A stretch of DNA of 64,000 bases, taken from positions 14,211-78,210 of the forward strand of contig DASUGI010000113.1 of NCBI GenBank assembly GCA_036274115.1. The letters are read 5' to 3'. Positions 29,701 to 36,862 of the stretch are shown here, piece after piece. The notes under the pieces are model-generated. The model was not told where the DNA came from and did no database searches. It saw only the letters and a program-made list of their open reading frames with translations. Origin of the DNA: Verrucomicrobiia bacterium. GTDB lineage: Bacteria > Verrucomicrobiota > Verrucomicrobiia > Limisphaerales > JADLHS01. Numbering within the stretch: the first letter of the stretch is position 1; every line of letters starts with the position of its first letter. The position numbers and the translations under genes were made by a program.

Positions 29701-29959
29701 CTGGGCCGGCACGAGCCCGACCAATGCTGCGAGCGCGCTGCGGTTTAATTCCGTTTCCAGCGTCGCCGCAAACCTGGTCTTCACCTTCGACGCCGTTTCC
29801 AATCGGGGTTATACGGTGCAAACGCAATCAGTGTTAAGTGGAGCGTGGCAAAAGTGGGTGGACATCAATGCCGTCGCGACGAACCGAACGCTTTCGCTAA
29901 CAAATGGCGTTAGTGGAACAAATCGATTCTATCGACTGGTTACGCCGCTGCAACCGTAG
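23723..29959 (+). CDS. Giant secreted protein: lamin-tail domains, CotH kinase, Ig-like domains, DxDGDG repeats
   Basis: ITEFMASN..DWIEI and EIMYNP..EYIEL (lamin tail); LRGNTT..KKS, ENDD..NM, IPFDMNLSWG (CotH); DDPDGSV (Ig-like); DTDGDGMPDEWE; C-terminal RFYRL. Confidence 0.85.
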   Translation: MRLAFLYCFLAVSTVHAQLRITEFMASNASTLADEDGSYEDWIEIQNNSPIAVNLLDWSLTDDDGDLTKWRFPATNLPPGQFLIVFASDKNRRNPGAPLHTNFKLGADGEYLALVDPMGTIVTQFAPEFPAQVTGVSYGLASVASNVTLVATGATAQVLVPSIANGGSVLNYNWTGATTNEPFNASSWSSGATGVGFGTADVGLNVQASMLNNNASAFMRLPFVLSDPTNVSLLTLRLKYDDGFVAGINGVELARANAPVEDLDWNSVATAGHGAGTFESMSLGVPTNMLRAGTNILAIQGLNVAATDTSFLILPELIGTMIAGESTSGLYFTQPTPGTENLGGATMPGPGIANVTHTPYLPLDNDNLVITAKVFATANPLASVTLFYRVMFVSEVGVPMFDDGLHGDGAAGDGVYGATIPASASTNGQMVRYYIRAQDNVGNVSRLPVFTDPASTAQYFGTVVNPNYVASALPVVHLFAPATVLQPGPTTTQTGADSNAGGRISLYFDGEFYDNVFMFLRGNTTAGYNKKSHRIRFNDEHKFRNRETGERLKNTSFVADYPDPTYMRQGLSYWLCNEIGASGPLYAPYRLQLNGQFYQLANHNDVHGEELLERLGYDPNGALYNAAGTIQPGGSSTGGFEKKTRRWEGNTDYVQLANAISESLTVAQRRTNIFDRLDLPQVISYMVAARFVHENDDVWANMSIYHDNDGDDLWRIIPFDMNLSWGAAFMDSAEYSGIQATNDNLKSFPLYGSSQAIPSSGGGNWNRLYDVIFSVPQTREMFLRRMRTVLDEYVKAPGTVTSNTPVYQKVVAWRNLIATDASFDRAWWGWPGKGGQCNFDPGINLANGVTSLLTDFLDNRRRHFYGKHSVTNTALPTGIHKSTKAGIPLAQPTNAVLSIVAWDYNPLSGNQDHEYVQLTNSNNYAVDISDWEMNGGIYFKFKKGTVVPANSSIYVSPNVRSFRSRTTGPRGGQALFVVGPYEGHLNAWGESLVLNDAAGRGVTTNTFTGNPSLAQRYLRVTEIMYNPSPLPAVNGDAQQFEYIELKNISTDTSLNLAGVRFTNGIYFNFSGSAVTSLAPGQTVLVVRNQAAFTARFGPGFSIAGQYSGALNNGGELLRLEDAVGEKILEFEYNNSWYPLTDGLGFSLVIVDANAPWDSWGQKSSWRASTLNGSPGITDPLPLAIAPIVVSEVLTHTDFPQLDSVELHNPTGTNVNIGGWFLTDDFYAPKKYRIPTNTIIPPNGYLVFNENQFNVGANAFRFNEHGEFVYLFSGDSATNLSGYVHGYEFGEAPNGVSFGRYTNSQGDVQFVLQRAITLGTNNAYPRVGPVVMSEIMYRPPDTNGSNNDLDEFIELQNITVTNVPLYSVAAPTNTWRLRNAVDFDFPSSQTLAAGARLLVVGFHPTNTTQLAAFRSRYGVSNTVPIFGPWSGTLNNSGETIELKQPDTPDEATGFVPFIMIDKVAYRRDAPWPAGADGIGNSLQRVNHAGFGNDPTNWFAAGITAGRATLPNVAPAVLILSPASGQVINGSNLLVSVTADDPDGSVTLVELFANDALIGQWSATTTNFNWMGVSSGTYELRARAVDNLGAVSVSTNVSITMLAPPPVVTLLSPTDNAVVVSGATTNLSATATSGGGSAALVNYFVDGNLIGGVSEPFVLPWTAGSPGYHTISAIAYDNLGQPSSAVSNVVFVQAVAINPVLIAASSEWRYLDNGVDQGTSWLQPLLVDTTWKTGAAKFGFNNNGNSGIATVLSYGPDSGNRYRTYYFRRPFVIPTLSGMTNLLLEVQRDDGVALYLNGANLYRNNLPAGTLTYSQLATNATDNGNTWQSAMLPLTGLVVGTNLLAAEVHQSSASSSDSAFDLRLTLLGYNLGPALLVQLTNASVAAGGNVTFTVTATGSAPLSYRWYFNNVAQSSVTNSLTIANAQASDVGNYYVVVSNTIGVVTSRVATLTLASADTDGDGMPDEWELANGTNPGANDGGADPDGDGHSNLREYWAGTSPTNAASALRFNSVSSVAANLVFTFDAVSNRGYTVQTQSVLSGAWQKWVDINAVATNRTLSLTNGVSGTNRFYRLVTPLQP

Positions 29960-30043
29960 CCAATTTACTTGCGCAAGGGGCGTGCTGTGTTCAGCTTGTC
30001 GTCACTTGAGCTTCACGCCATAGCTAAAATCCAAGAAGACCGT

Positions 30044-30253
30044 ATGAAGAAACTCATTGCACCAATCTCGCTTGCCTTGTGCGCCGTTGTTCTCCTGAGC
30101 GGATGCGTGGCGGCGATTGGTAATCGCGGAACAAACCCCAGTAACGCTACGTTAGGGCAGCAACTGATCGACCTCCAAAAGGCCAAGGAATCCGGCGCCA
30201 TCAGTGACGCGGAATACCAGGCTCAGAAAGCAAAGTTACTGGAAAACAAGTAG
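30044..30253 (+). CDS. Small SHOCT-domain lipoprotein
   Basis: Lipobox LLSGC; LGQQLIDLQKAKESGAISDAEYQAQKAKLL. Confidence 0.8.
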   Translation: MKKLIAPISLALCAVVLLSGCVAAIGNRGTNPSNATLGQQLIDLQKAKESGAISDAEYQAQKAKLLENK

Positions 30254-30333
30254 CGCGGACTCGCTTAATCAATAAGCAGTCGTCGTGATGCGTGGTTCGA
30301 CCGGGCTGCTGCGGTATTTGCGGCAGCCCCAAG

Positions 30334-31872
30334 TCAGCTCACTCCCATTCCGATCAGGAACTCGATATTGCTGCCGGTTTTTTTGAGTTTGCCGAGCAGC
30401 AGTTCCATCGCTTCCACGGGCGGGACACCAGTCAGCGCCCGGCGCAACAGGACGATCTTGTTGAGTTCGTCCGGATGATAGAGCAATTCCTCTTTCCGCG
30501 TGCCGGAGCGTTCCACGTTGATGGATGGGAAAATGCGCCGATCCACGAGCGCGCGGTCGAGATGGACTTCCATGTTGCCCGTGCCTTTGAACTCTTCAAA
30601 GATGACTTCATCCATGCGTGAGCCCGTGTCCACCAGCGCCGTGGCAATGATGGTGAGCGAGCCGCCTTCCTCGATGTTGCGTGCCGCGCCGAAGAAGCGC
30701 TTGGGCTTGTGCAGCGCGTTGGCATCGACACCGCCGGACAGAATTTTGCCGGAGTGCGGTTGCACGGTGTTGTAGGCGCGGGCGAGGCGCGTAATGGAGT
30801 CGAGCAGAATGACGACGTCGCGCTTGTGCTCGATCATGCGCTTGGCTTTCTCGATGACCATTTCGGCGACCTGCACATGGCGCTCCGGCGGTTCGTCGAA
30901 CGTCGAGGAAATCACTTCCGCGCCGACGCACGTGCGCTCCATGTCCGTGACTTCTTCGGGGCGTTCGTCAATCAACAGGATGAACAGATAGGACTCCGGA
31001 TTGTTTTTCAGGATCGCGTTGGCGAGCTTCTGCATCAGCACCGTTTTGCCGGTGCGCGGCGGTGCGACGATGATGCCGCGCGTGCCTTTGCCGATGGGGC
31101 ACACCAGGTCCAGCACGCGAGTCGATAACTCTTCCTTGCCGGTTTCGAGAATGAAGCGCTTGTTGGGAAACAGTGGCGTCAGGTTCTCGAAATGTGTTTT
31201 GTCCTTCGCTTTGTCCGGCTCTTCGCCATCAACGGCTTCAACTTTGAGCAAAGCGAAAAACTTTTCCTTCTCCTTGGGTGGCCGGATCTGGCCCGCGATC
31301 AGATTGCCGGTCTGCAAATCGAAGCGGCGAATCTGGGAGGGTGAAACGTAAATGTCCTCAGGACAGGGGAGGTAATTGAAACTCTGCGAGCGCAGAAAGC
31401 CAAAGCCTTCCGGCAACACCTCCAGCACACCTTCGGAAAACAGGACGCCAGCACGCTCGGCGTTCTTCTGCAGGATGTGGAAAATGACCTCGTGCTTGCG
31501 CATCGTGCCGAAATTCTCCACGCCGAGGTCCTTCGCCATCTTGTTGAGATCATTCATCTGCATCGCCTGGAGCTTGGCGATGTTCAGTGAATGTGCGATT
31601 TTGTCGCGCTCACCGCGGCGGGATTCGTAGCGCTCCGGACGTTCCGGCGCCGTGGGAACGTCGGGCTCTATGGGCCGCGTTGGCGGTTGCAGCTCGGCTT
31701 CTTCCGCCGGCGCTGGTTGAGGCGCGGGGGCCGCTGCCACGGATTCAGGCTGGGCCGGGGCAGTTGGCGGCGGCGTAAGTGGTGCCGCTTCGGCAGCATC
31801 CAAGGGCAGGTCTGCTCCCTCCTTTGCTTTGGCAGATTTGGTTTTGGCCTTCTTGGTGGCAACTCTTGGCAT
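30334..31872 (-). CDS. rho: Transcription termination factor Rho with N-terminal low-complexity extension
   Basis: [60 protein letters not shown]. Confidence 0.98.
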   Translation of the reverse strand: MPRVATKKAKTKSAKAKEGADLPLDAAEAAPLTPPPTAPAQPESVAAAPAPQPAPAEEAELQPPTRPIEPDVPTAPERPERYESRRGERDKIAHSLNIAKLQAMQMNDLNKMAKDLGVENFGTMRKHEVIFHILQKNAERAGVLFSEGVLEVLPEGFGFLRSQSFNYLPCPEDIYVSPSQIRRFDLQTGNLIAGQIRPPKEKEKFFALLKVEAVDGEEPDKAKDKTHFENLTPLFPNKRFILETGKEELSTRVLDLVCPIGKGTRGIIVAPPRTGKTVLMQKLANAILKNNPESYLFILLIDERPEEVTDMERTCVGAEVISSTFDEPPERHVQVAEMVIEKAKRMIEHKRDVVILLDSITRLARAYNTVQPHSGKILSGGVDANALHKPKRFFGAARNIEEGGSLTIIATALVDTGSRMDEVIFEEFKGTGNMEVHLDRALVDRRIFPSINVERSGTRKEELLYHPDELNKIVLLRRALTGVPPVEAMELLLGKLKKTGSNIEFLIGMGVS

Positions 31873-32014
31873 AAAATAGTTCCTCTCGGGTTAACTGTTC
31901 CGACCGGGCGAGACTCACATCGTCAAACGCAAGGTCCAATAAACTGCTTGGACGACCAACGATTGATTTAGTTCAAATTGGCTGGCTACCGGTCGGAGCG
32001 CGCGAAATTCAGAC

Positions 32015-34189
32015 TTAATACGGCAAGGGGAATCTCGCGGTCAGTTCACGCACACGTTGACGCACCTTGGCAATCGCGTCAAGATTCTTTATGTCCAGCA
32101 ACACCTCAGCGATCATGTCGGCAATGGCCGCCATTTCCGTTTCTTTCATGCCGCGAGTGGTGACCGCCGGTGTGCCGAGGCGAATGCCGCTGGCCTGGAA
32201 GGGCGACCGCGTTTCAAACGGAATGGTGTTTTTGTTCGTCGTAATGCCGGCTTCATCAAGCGCGATCTGACAATCCTTGCCGGTGATTCCACGCGCGCCG
32301 ACGTCCACCAGCATCAGATGATTGTCAGTTCCACCACTGACGAGCCGGAAACCATTTCGCTTCATTCCATCTGCCAGCGCGGCAGCATTTTTTACGATGG
32401 CTTGCTGATAAGACTTAAAGGCGGGCTGCAACGCCTCATGAAAACAGACGGCTTTGCCCGCGATCACGTGCATGAGCGGTCCGCCCTGGATGCCCGGAAA
32501 TGCCTGGGAATCGATTTCCTTCGCATACTTCTCTTTGCAGAGAATCAGGCCGCCCCGCGGTCCCCGCAGCGTCTTGTGCGTGGTTGTAGTAACGAAGTCG
32601 GCGTGCTCAATCGGGCTGGGATGAAGTCCGGCGGCGACTAAACCGGCGATGTGCGCAATGTCGGCCAACAGATACGCGCCGACCTCGCGGGCGATTTCGC
32701 CCATGCGCTTAAAATCAATGATGCGGGGATACGCGCTGGCGCCGACCGTGATCATTTTCGGCCTGTGCTCGCGTGCCATGCTGGCGAGTTGATCATAATC
32801 AATGCGCTCGTCGTCCTTGCGCACGCCGTAGTGAACGATTTCAAAAAATTTCCCGGAGAAATTAGCCTTGTTGCCGTGCGTCAGGTGCCCTCCGTGGCTC
32901 AGATCCATGGTGAGCATCTTGTCGCCCGGTTTCAGGAAGGCGAAATAGACGGCCATGTTGGCGCCGCTGCCGGAGTGCGGCTGAACGTTGGCGTGCTCCG
33001 CGCCGAAGAGCTTCTTCGCGCGATCAATCGCCAGTTGCTCGACGACGTCCACATTTTCACAACCGCCGTACCAGCGTTTTTTGGGGTAGCCCTCGGCGTA
33101 CTTGTTCGTGAGTACCGAGCCTTGCGCCTCCATGACCGCGGGGCTGGTGAAATTTTCGCTGGCAATGAGTTCGATGTTTTCCTGCTGACGCAGACGTTCG
33201 TGTTCGAGGACTTCAGCGACGGCTGAATCAACGGCTCGCAATCGGTATTCGGGTGAGATAGTTCTGGATTCCATCTTGTTTACTCGGCGCTCGTGACGAC
33301 CGCCTTCGAATTTGGTGGTGAGAAAAATGTCGAGATAATGCTTGGCCTGGTCGGCGGTGGTGAATTTACCCGAAAGGCAAAGCACGTTGGCATCATTGTG
33401 CCGGCGGGTAAGTGACGCCGATTCGCCGTCGCACACCATGGCGGCGCGCACGCCGGGCACTTTGTTAGCCGCTATGCTCATGCCGATGCCCGTCGTGCAA
33501 ACCAGCAGGCCATACTCGGCCTTGTGGCTGGCCACCATGTTGGCGACATGGAGTGCGTAATCCGGGTAATCCGTGGACTCTTTGCTGTGAGTGCCAAAAT
33601 CGGTGAACGTCACTCCGCGTTCCTGCAAATACCGCTTCAGCGCCTCTTTCAGGTCGAAGCCGCCGTGGTCTGCGCCGATGGCAACGGTCGCCGTTTTTCC
33701 AGCCGCAACCGCTTTCGCCATGACGCTGGTTTCGCCTTGCTCAATGAACCGAAGCAGTGACGCGATGCCCTGTTCAATTTGATCGCGGCAACTCAAATAG
33801 ACCTCATACGAACCGCCAATCGGATCGCTGATGTCTTTCTCAAACGGATCGAGCGTTTCATCAAACTCGCGCAGCAGAAAGGTTTTTTCCGCTGCCTGGG
33901 GATAAAGCAACGTGATGGTATCCACATGGCTGTGCGTCATTCCCAGAATGAAATCCGCCTGTCTCACCAGGTCCGCCGTAAGCATTTGACTGCGCTGGCG
34001 CGAGATGTCCACGCCCAGTTCCTTCATGGCTTGCACCGAATAGGTGCTGGGAGGTAATCCGTCCGCAGCGCCCAGGCCAGCCGACACCGCCCGATAATCA
34101 GTACGACCCCGTGTGGCATGGCGGAACAGGCCTTCAGCCATGGGGCTGCGGCAGATGTTACCAGTGCAGACGAAAAGAAAGGTCTTCAT
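32015..34189 (-). CDS. glyA: Triple fusion: LMW protein phosphatase + ribose-5-phosphate isomerase B + serine hydroxymethyltransferase
   Basis: CTGNICRS and [63 protein letters not shown], all in one 724-aa ORF. Confidence 0.95.
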   Translation of the reverse strand: MKTFLFVCTGNICRSPMAEGLFRHATRGRTDYRAVSAGLGAADGLPPSTYSVQAMKELGVDISRQRSQMLTADLVRQADFILGMTHSHVDTITLLYPQAAEKTFLLREFDETLDPFEKDISDPIGGSYEVYLSCRDQIEQGIASLLRFIEQGETSVMAKAVAAGKTATVAIGADHGGFDLKEALKRYLQERGVTFTDFGTHSKESTDYPDYALHVANMVASHKAEYGLLVCTTGIGMSIAANKVPGVRAAMVCDGESASLTRRHNDANVLCLSGKFTTADQAKHYLDIFLTTKFEGGRHERRVNKMESRTISPEYRLRAVDSAVAEVLEHERLRQQENIELIASENFTSPAVMEAQGSVLTNKYAEGYPKKRWYGGCENVDVVEQLAIDRAKKLFGAEHANVQPHSGSGANMAVYFAFLKPGDKMLTMDLSHGGHLTHGNKANFSGKFFEIVHYGVRKDDERIDYDQLASMAREHRPKMITVGASAYPRIIDFKRMGEIAREVGAYLLADIAHIAGLVAAGLHPSPIEHADFVTTTTHKTLRGPRGGLILCKEKYAKEIDSQAFPGIQGGPLMHVIAGKAVCFHEALQPAFKSYQQAIVKNAAALADGMKRNGFRLVSGGTDNHLMLVDVGARGITGKDCQIALDEAGITTNKNTIPFETRSPFQASGIRLGTPAVTTRGMKETEMAAIADMIAEVLLDIKNLDAIAKVRQRVRELTARFPLPY

Positions 34190-34259
34190 TCAATCAGCGG
34201 CGGGAAGTGTGGTCAGTGTCACCGAATCGTCAACCCAGAATAATTTGTCTGACAGCTTG

Positions 34260-35312
34260 TCAGGGGCGCGCCCGGCGCACCACGGCCAATCCTTTTAGCA
34301 AGTCGACGGCACGTGCCAGCGTGGGATCCCGCAGCACCGGCGCTTCGGGTTCAGTATCCGTTCCAACCGGGAATTCACCTTCGAGACTGAAGCCGTCACG
34401 CCGTGCGCGTACCAGGTCGGCTTCATTGGGGCGACGCCGCGTGGGCCGATTCGTCGGGGTGGCGAGTGAACCGGCGGAGGCTGACGCCAGATTTGTCTTT
34501 GTGCTGATCACGTACGGATCTTCCAAAAACGCGCGCTCCAATTCGGGAGAGATTTTCACTTCGATATCCGGCTTCACTCCTTTCGAAAGCGCCTCACCAC
34601 TCCCCAGTTTGACGGGTGCGGTGGCGATGCGCAGTTGCTGTCCGTTCTTCAACTGGAAATCCTGCGTGGTCATCGCGGCGCCCCGAGTCGTTCCGCCCAG
34701 AATCAAAGCAACTCCAGCATCCCGCAACACCGCGGCGAGGGCTTCGGCAGCACCGATGGTCTCCGTGTTTACCAACACAGCTACGGGCCACGTGAAAGCG
34801 TCATCTTTTTCCGTTGATTTGATCGGGCCTTTCCCCCAGTCGAGCAACGGCCGTTGCGTTGGCACAAACAAGTCCGCCGCGGCGGCTGCGGCCGCGTAAT
34901 CTTCTCCGCCAGCAAATCGCAGATCGAGAACCAAACCAATCAGCTTGTTGGTCGCCGCCAGAGTGATGCATTGGCGGCGAATTTCCCCGGGGAGCGACGA
35001 CGTCACCTGGCCGACGCGCAAGCACGCGATGCGATCGTCGATAATGGTGACTTTGGTGATTGCGGACGCATTGGTTGAACTCTTGGAATCGTCCCCCACC
35101 AATCTTACCTTTCCGCGAAGGCTGTTGAGGAGACCTTCAATCGACGCGCGATTCAACTCGGAATCACTCGTCCCGGCCAGATGTTCGCGAACGAGGGCGC
35201 GAACCTCGTCAAAATCCGGCGGAGTCTCGGAAACGCCTCGTGCTGTCGGCGAGGTTGCCACCAGACCAAAGAGCGACAGCAGCAGGAAATAACGAATCAA
35301 TACAGTTCTCAT
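34260..35312 (-). CDS. S41 (CtpA-like) peptidase homologue lacking PDZ and catalytic residues
   Basis: GLVLDLRFAGG, PVAVLVNTETIGAAEALA, GGTTRG, GVKPDIEV, DPTLARAVDLLKG. Confidence 0.8.
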   Translation of the reverse strand: MRTVLIRYFLLLSLFGLVATSPTARGVSETPPDFDEVRALVREHLAGTSDSELNRASIEGLLNSLRGKVRLVGDDSKSSTNASAITKVTIIDDRIACLRVGQVTSSLPGEIRRQCITLAATNKLIGLVLDLRFAGGEDYAAAAAAADLFVPTQRPLLDWGKGPIKSTEKDDAFTWPVAVLVNTETIGAAEALAAVLRDAGVALILGGTTRGAAMTTQDFQLKNGQQLRIATAPVKLGSGEALSKGVKPDIEVKISPELERAFLEDPYVISTKTNLASASAGSLATPTNRPTRRRPNEADLVRARRDGFSLEGEFPVGTDTEPEAPVLRDPTLARAVDLLKGLAVVRRARP

Positions 35313-35388
35313 GTCAAATGGAGTAGCCACCACAGGAAATCACTATGCAGGTGTTCCGGGTGATTCTCAAGCCGCGAATCAGATGGAA

Positions 35389-36762
35389 TCAGGTGCTGCT
35401 GAGCTCCTGCCAAAGCAAAGCGCCGAGCCGCTGGCCCTGCGCAAAAATATCCAGATCGAACTTCTCATTCGGCGAATGAGCGTTGTCGTCGGGTAATGCG
35501 AGTCCCAGAAGTAGGGTGTCAGCCCCAAGGATTCTTTTGAATTGGTTGACAATGGGAATCGAACCACCTTCGCGGAGCAAGACCGGTTCACGTTCAAAAG
35601 CCCGTCGCAAGGCGCGCAAGGCGGCTTGCGCGTCGTTGCTCTTTGGCGAAACCAGATACGCTTCTGCGCCGTGACCGACCTTCACTTCCATGGTCACGGT
35701 GGGCGGGCAATGCTTTTTCAGGAACGCGACGACCAGTTTGTTAATCCGCGCCGGCTTTTGGTTCGGCACGAGGCGCGCCGTGATTTTTGCGCGAGCCGAC
35801 GATGGCACAATGGTCTTGCTGCCTTCGCCTTGATAACCACTGGTGAGACCGTTGATTTCAAAGGTCGGACGGGCGGTGCGCTGTTCGTCCGGGGTAAAGC
35901 CCTTTTCACCGAAGAGTTCCGGCACACCGATGAATTTGCGATAGGCAGAGGCTTTGAATGGTAACCGAGCGAGTTCCTTCCGTTCGTATTTGCTGAGCGA
36001 AACCACGTCGTCGTAAAACCCGGGAATGGTGATGCGGCCTTTCGCGTCGTGAACTTTGGCGAGCAGGCGGCAAAGGGCCGTAGCCGGGTTCTCCACCGTG
36101 CCGCCAAAAAGTCCGGAGTGGAGGTCGCGCGACGGGCCGCGGAGAGTGAGTTCAAATGCCGTAATGCCGCGAAGCGCGTAGGTCAGAGCCGGATGATTGG
36201 GGCTCGGGATGCCGGTGTCTGAAATGACCACGGCATCGCACTTTAATTCCTGACGACGTTCCTGAAGAAATCCTGCGAGACTCTTGCTGCCGACTTCCTC
36301 TTCGCCTTCGATGACGAACGTGAGGTCGCAGGGAAGGGGCGTGCCCGTTTTCAGATAGGCCTCAACCGCTTTGAGGTGGGCCAGGTTTTGACCTTTGTTG
36401 TCGCTGGCGCCGCGTCCGAACAGGGAACGGCCCTGAATGGTTGGTTGAAACGGCGGTGTTTTCCAGAGTTCAAAAGGTTCGGGCGGCTGAACGTCGTAAT
36501 GGCCATACACCAGGAAGTGACGGCGGCGCGTGACGGATTTGGTGCGCGGGGTTTTCGCGACCACAATCGGATTTCCGTCCGTCGGGCAAAGTTCGGCCTC
36601 CAGTCCCAGGTCGCGGCAGTGGTTCACCAGCCACTCGGCGCAAGCCGCCATATCCGGGCGATGTTCGGGTTGGGCAGAAACGCTGCGAAAGCGGACGTAA
36701 TGGCAAAGTTCGTCAACGAAGCGCGGTTGGTTGCGCTGGAGATAGTTCAGGACGTCATCCAT
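35389..36762 (-). CDS. M20 family metallo-dipeptidase
   Basis: YGHYDVQP, GRGASDNKGQ, EGEEEVGS, DLHSG, GGSIP, HSPNE. Confidence 0.93.
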   Translation of the reverse strand: MDDVLNYLQRNQPRFVDELCHYVRFRSVSAQPEHRPDMAACAEWLVNHCRDLGLEAELCPTDGNPIVVAKTPRTKSVTRRRHFLVYGHYDVQPPEPFELWKTPPFQPTIQGRSLFGRGASDNKGQNLAHLKAVEAYLKTGTPLPCDLTFVIEGEEEVGSKSLAGFLQERRQELKCDAVVISDTGIPSPNHPALTYALRGITAFELTLRGPSRDLHSGLFGGTVENPATALCRLLAKVHDAKGRITIPGFYDDVVSLSKYERKELARLPFKASAYRKFIGVPELFGEKGFTPDEQRTARPTFEINGLTSGYQGEGSKTIVPSSARAKITARLVPNQKPARINKLVVAFLKKHCPPTVTMEVKVGHGAEAYLVSPKSNDAQAALRALRRAFEREPVLLREGGSIPIVNQFKRILGADTLLLGLALPDDNAHSPNEKFDLDIFAQGQRLGALLWQELSST

Positions 36763-36862
36763 GGCGGAAGTATTGGGAAACGCGGGCGAAAGCCAAGCGG
36801 ATTGCGGAAGGCCAAAGGCTCAAACAGCAAGGTCGCCCCAGCGCCAGGGTTGATGAGTGTTC

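Noticed and set aside
23723..29959. Enrichment of classical N-x-S/T glycosylation sequons (about 30 by manual count)
   Set aside because: Roughly what the high Asn and Ser/Thr content predicts; the TN versus NT asymmetry is the stronger signal
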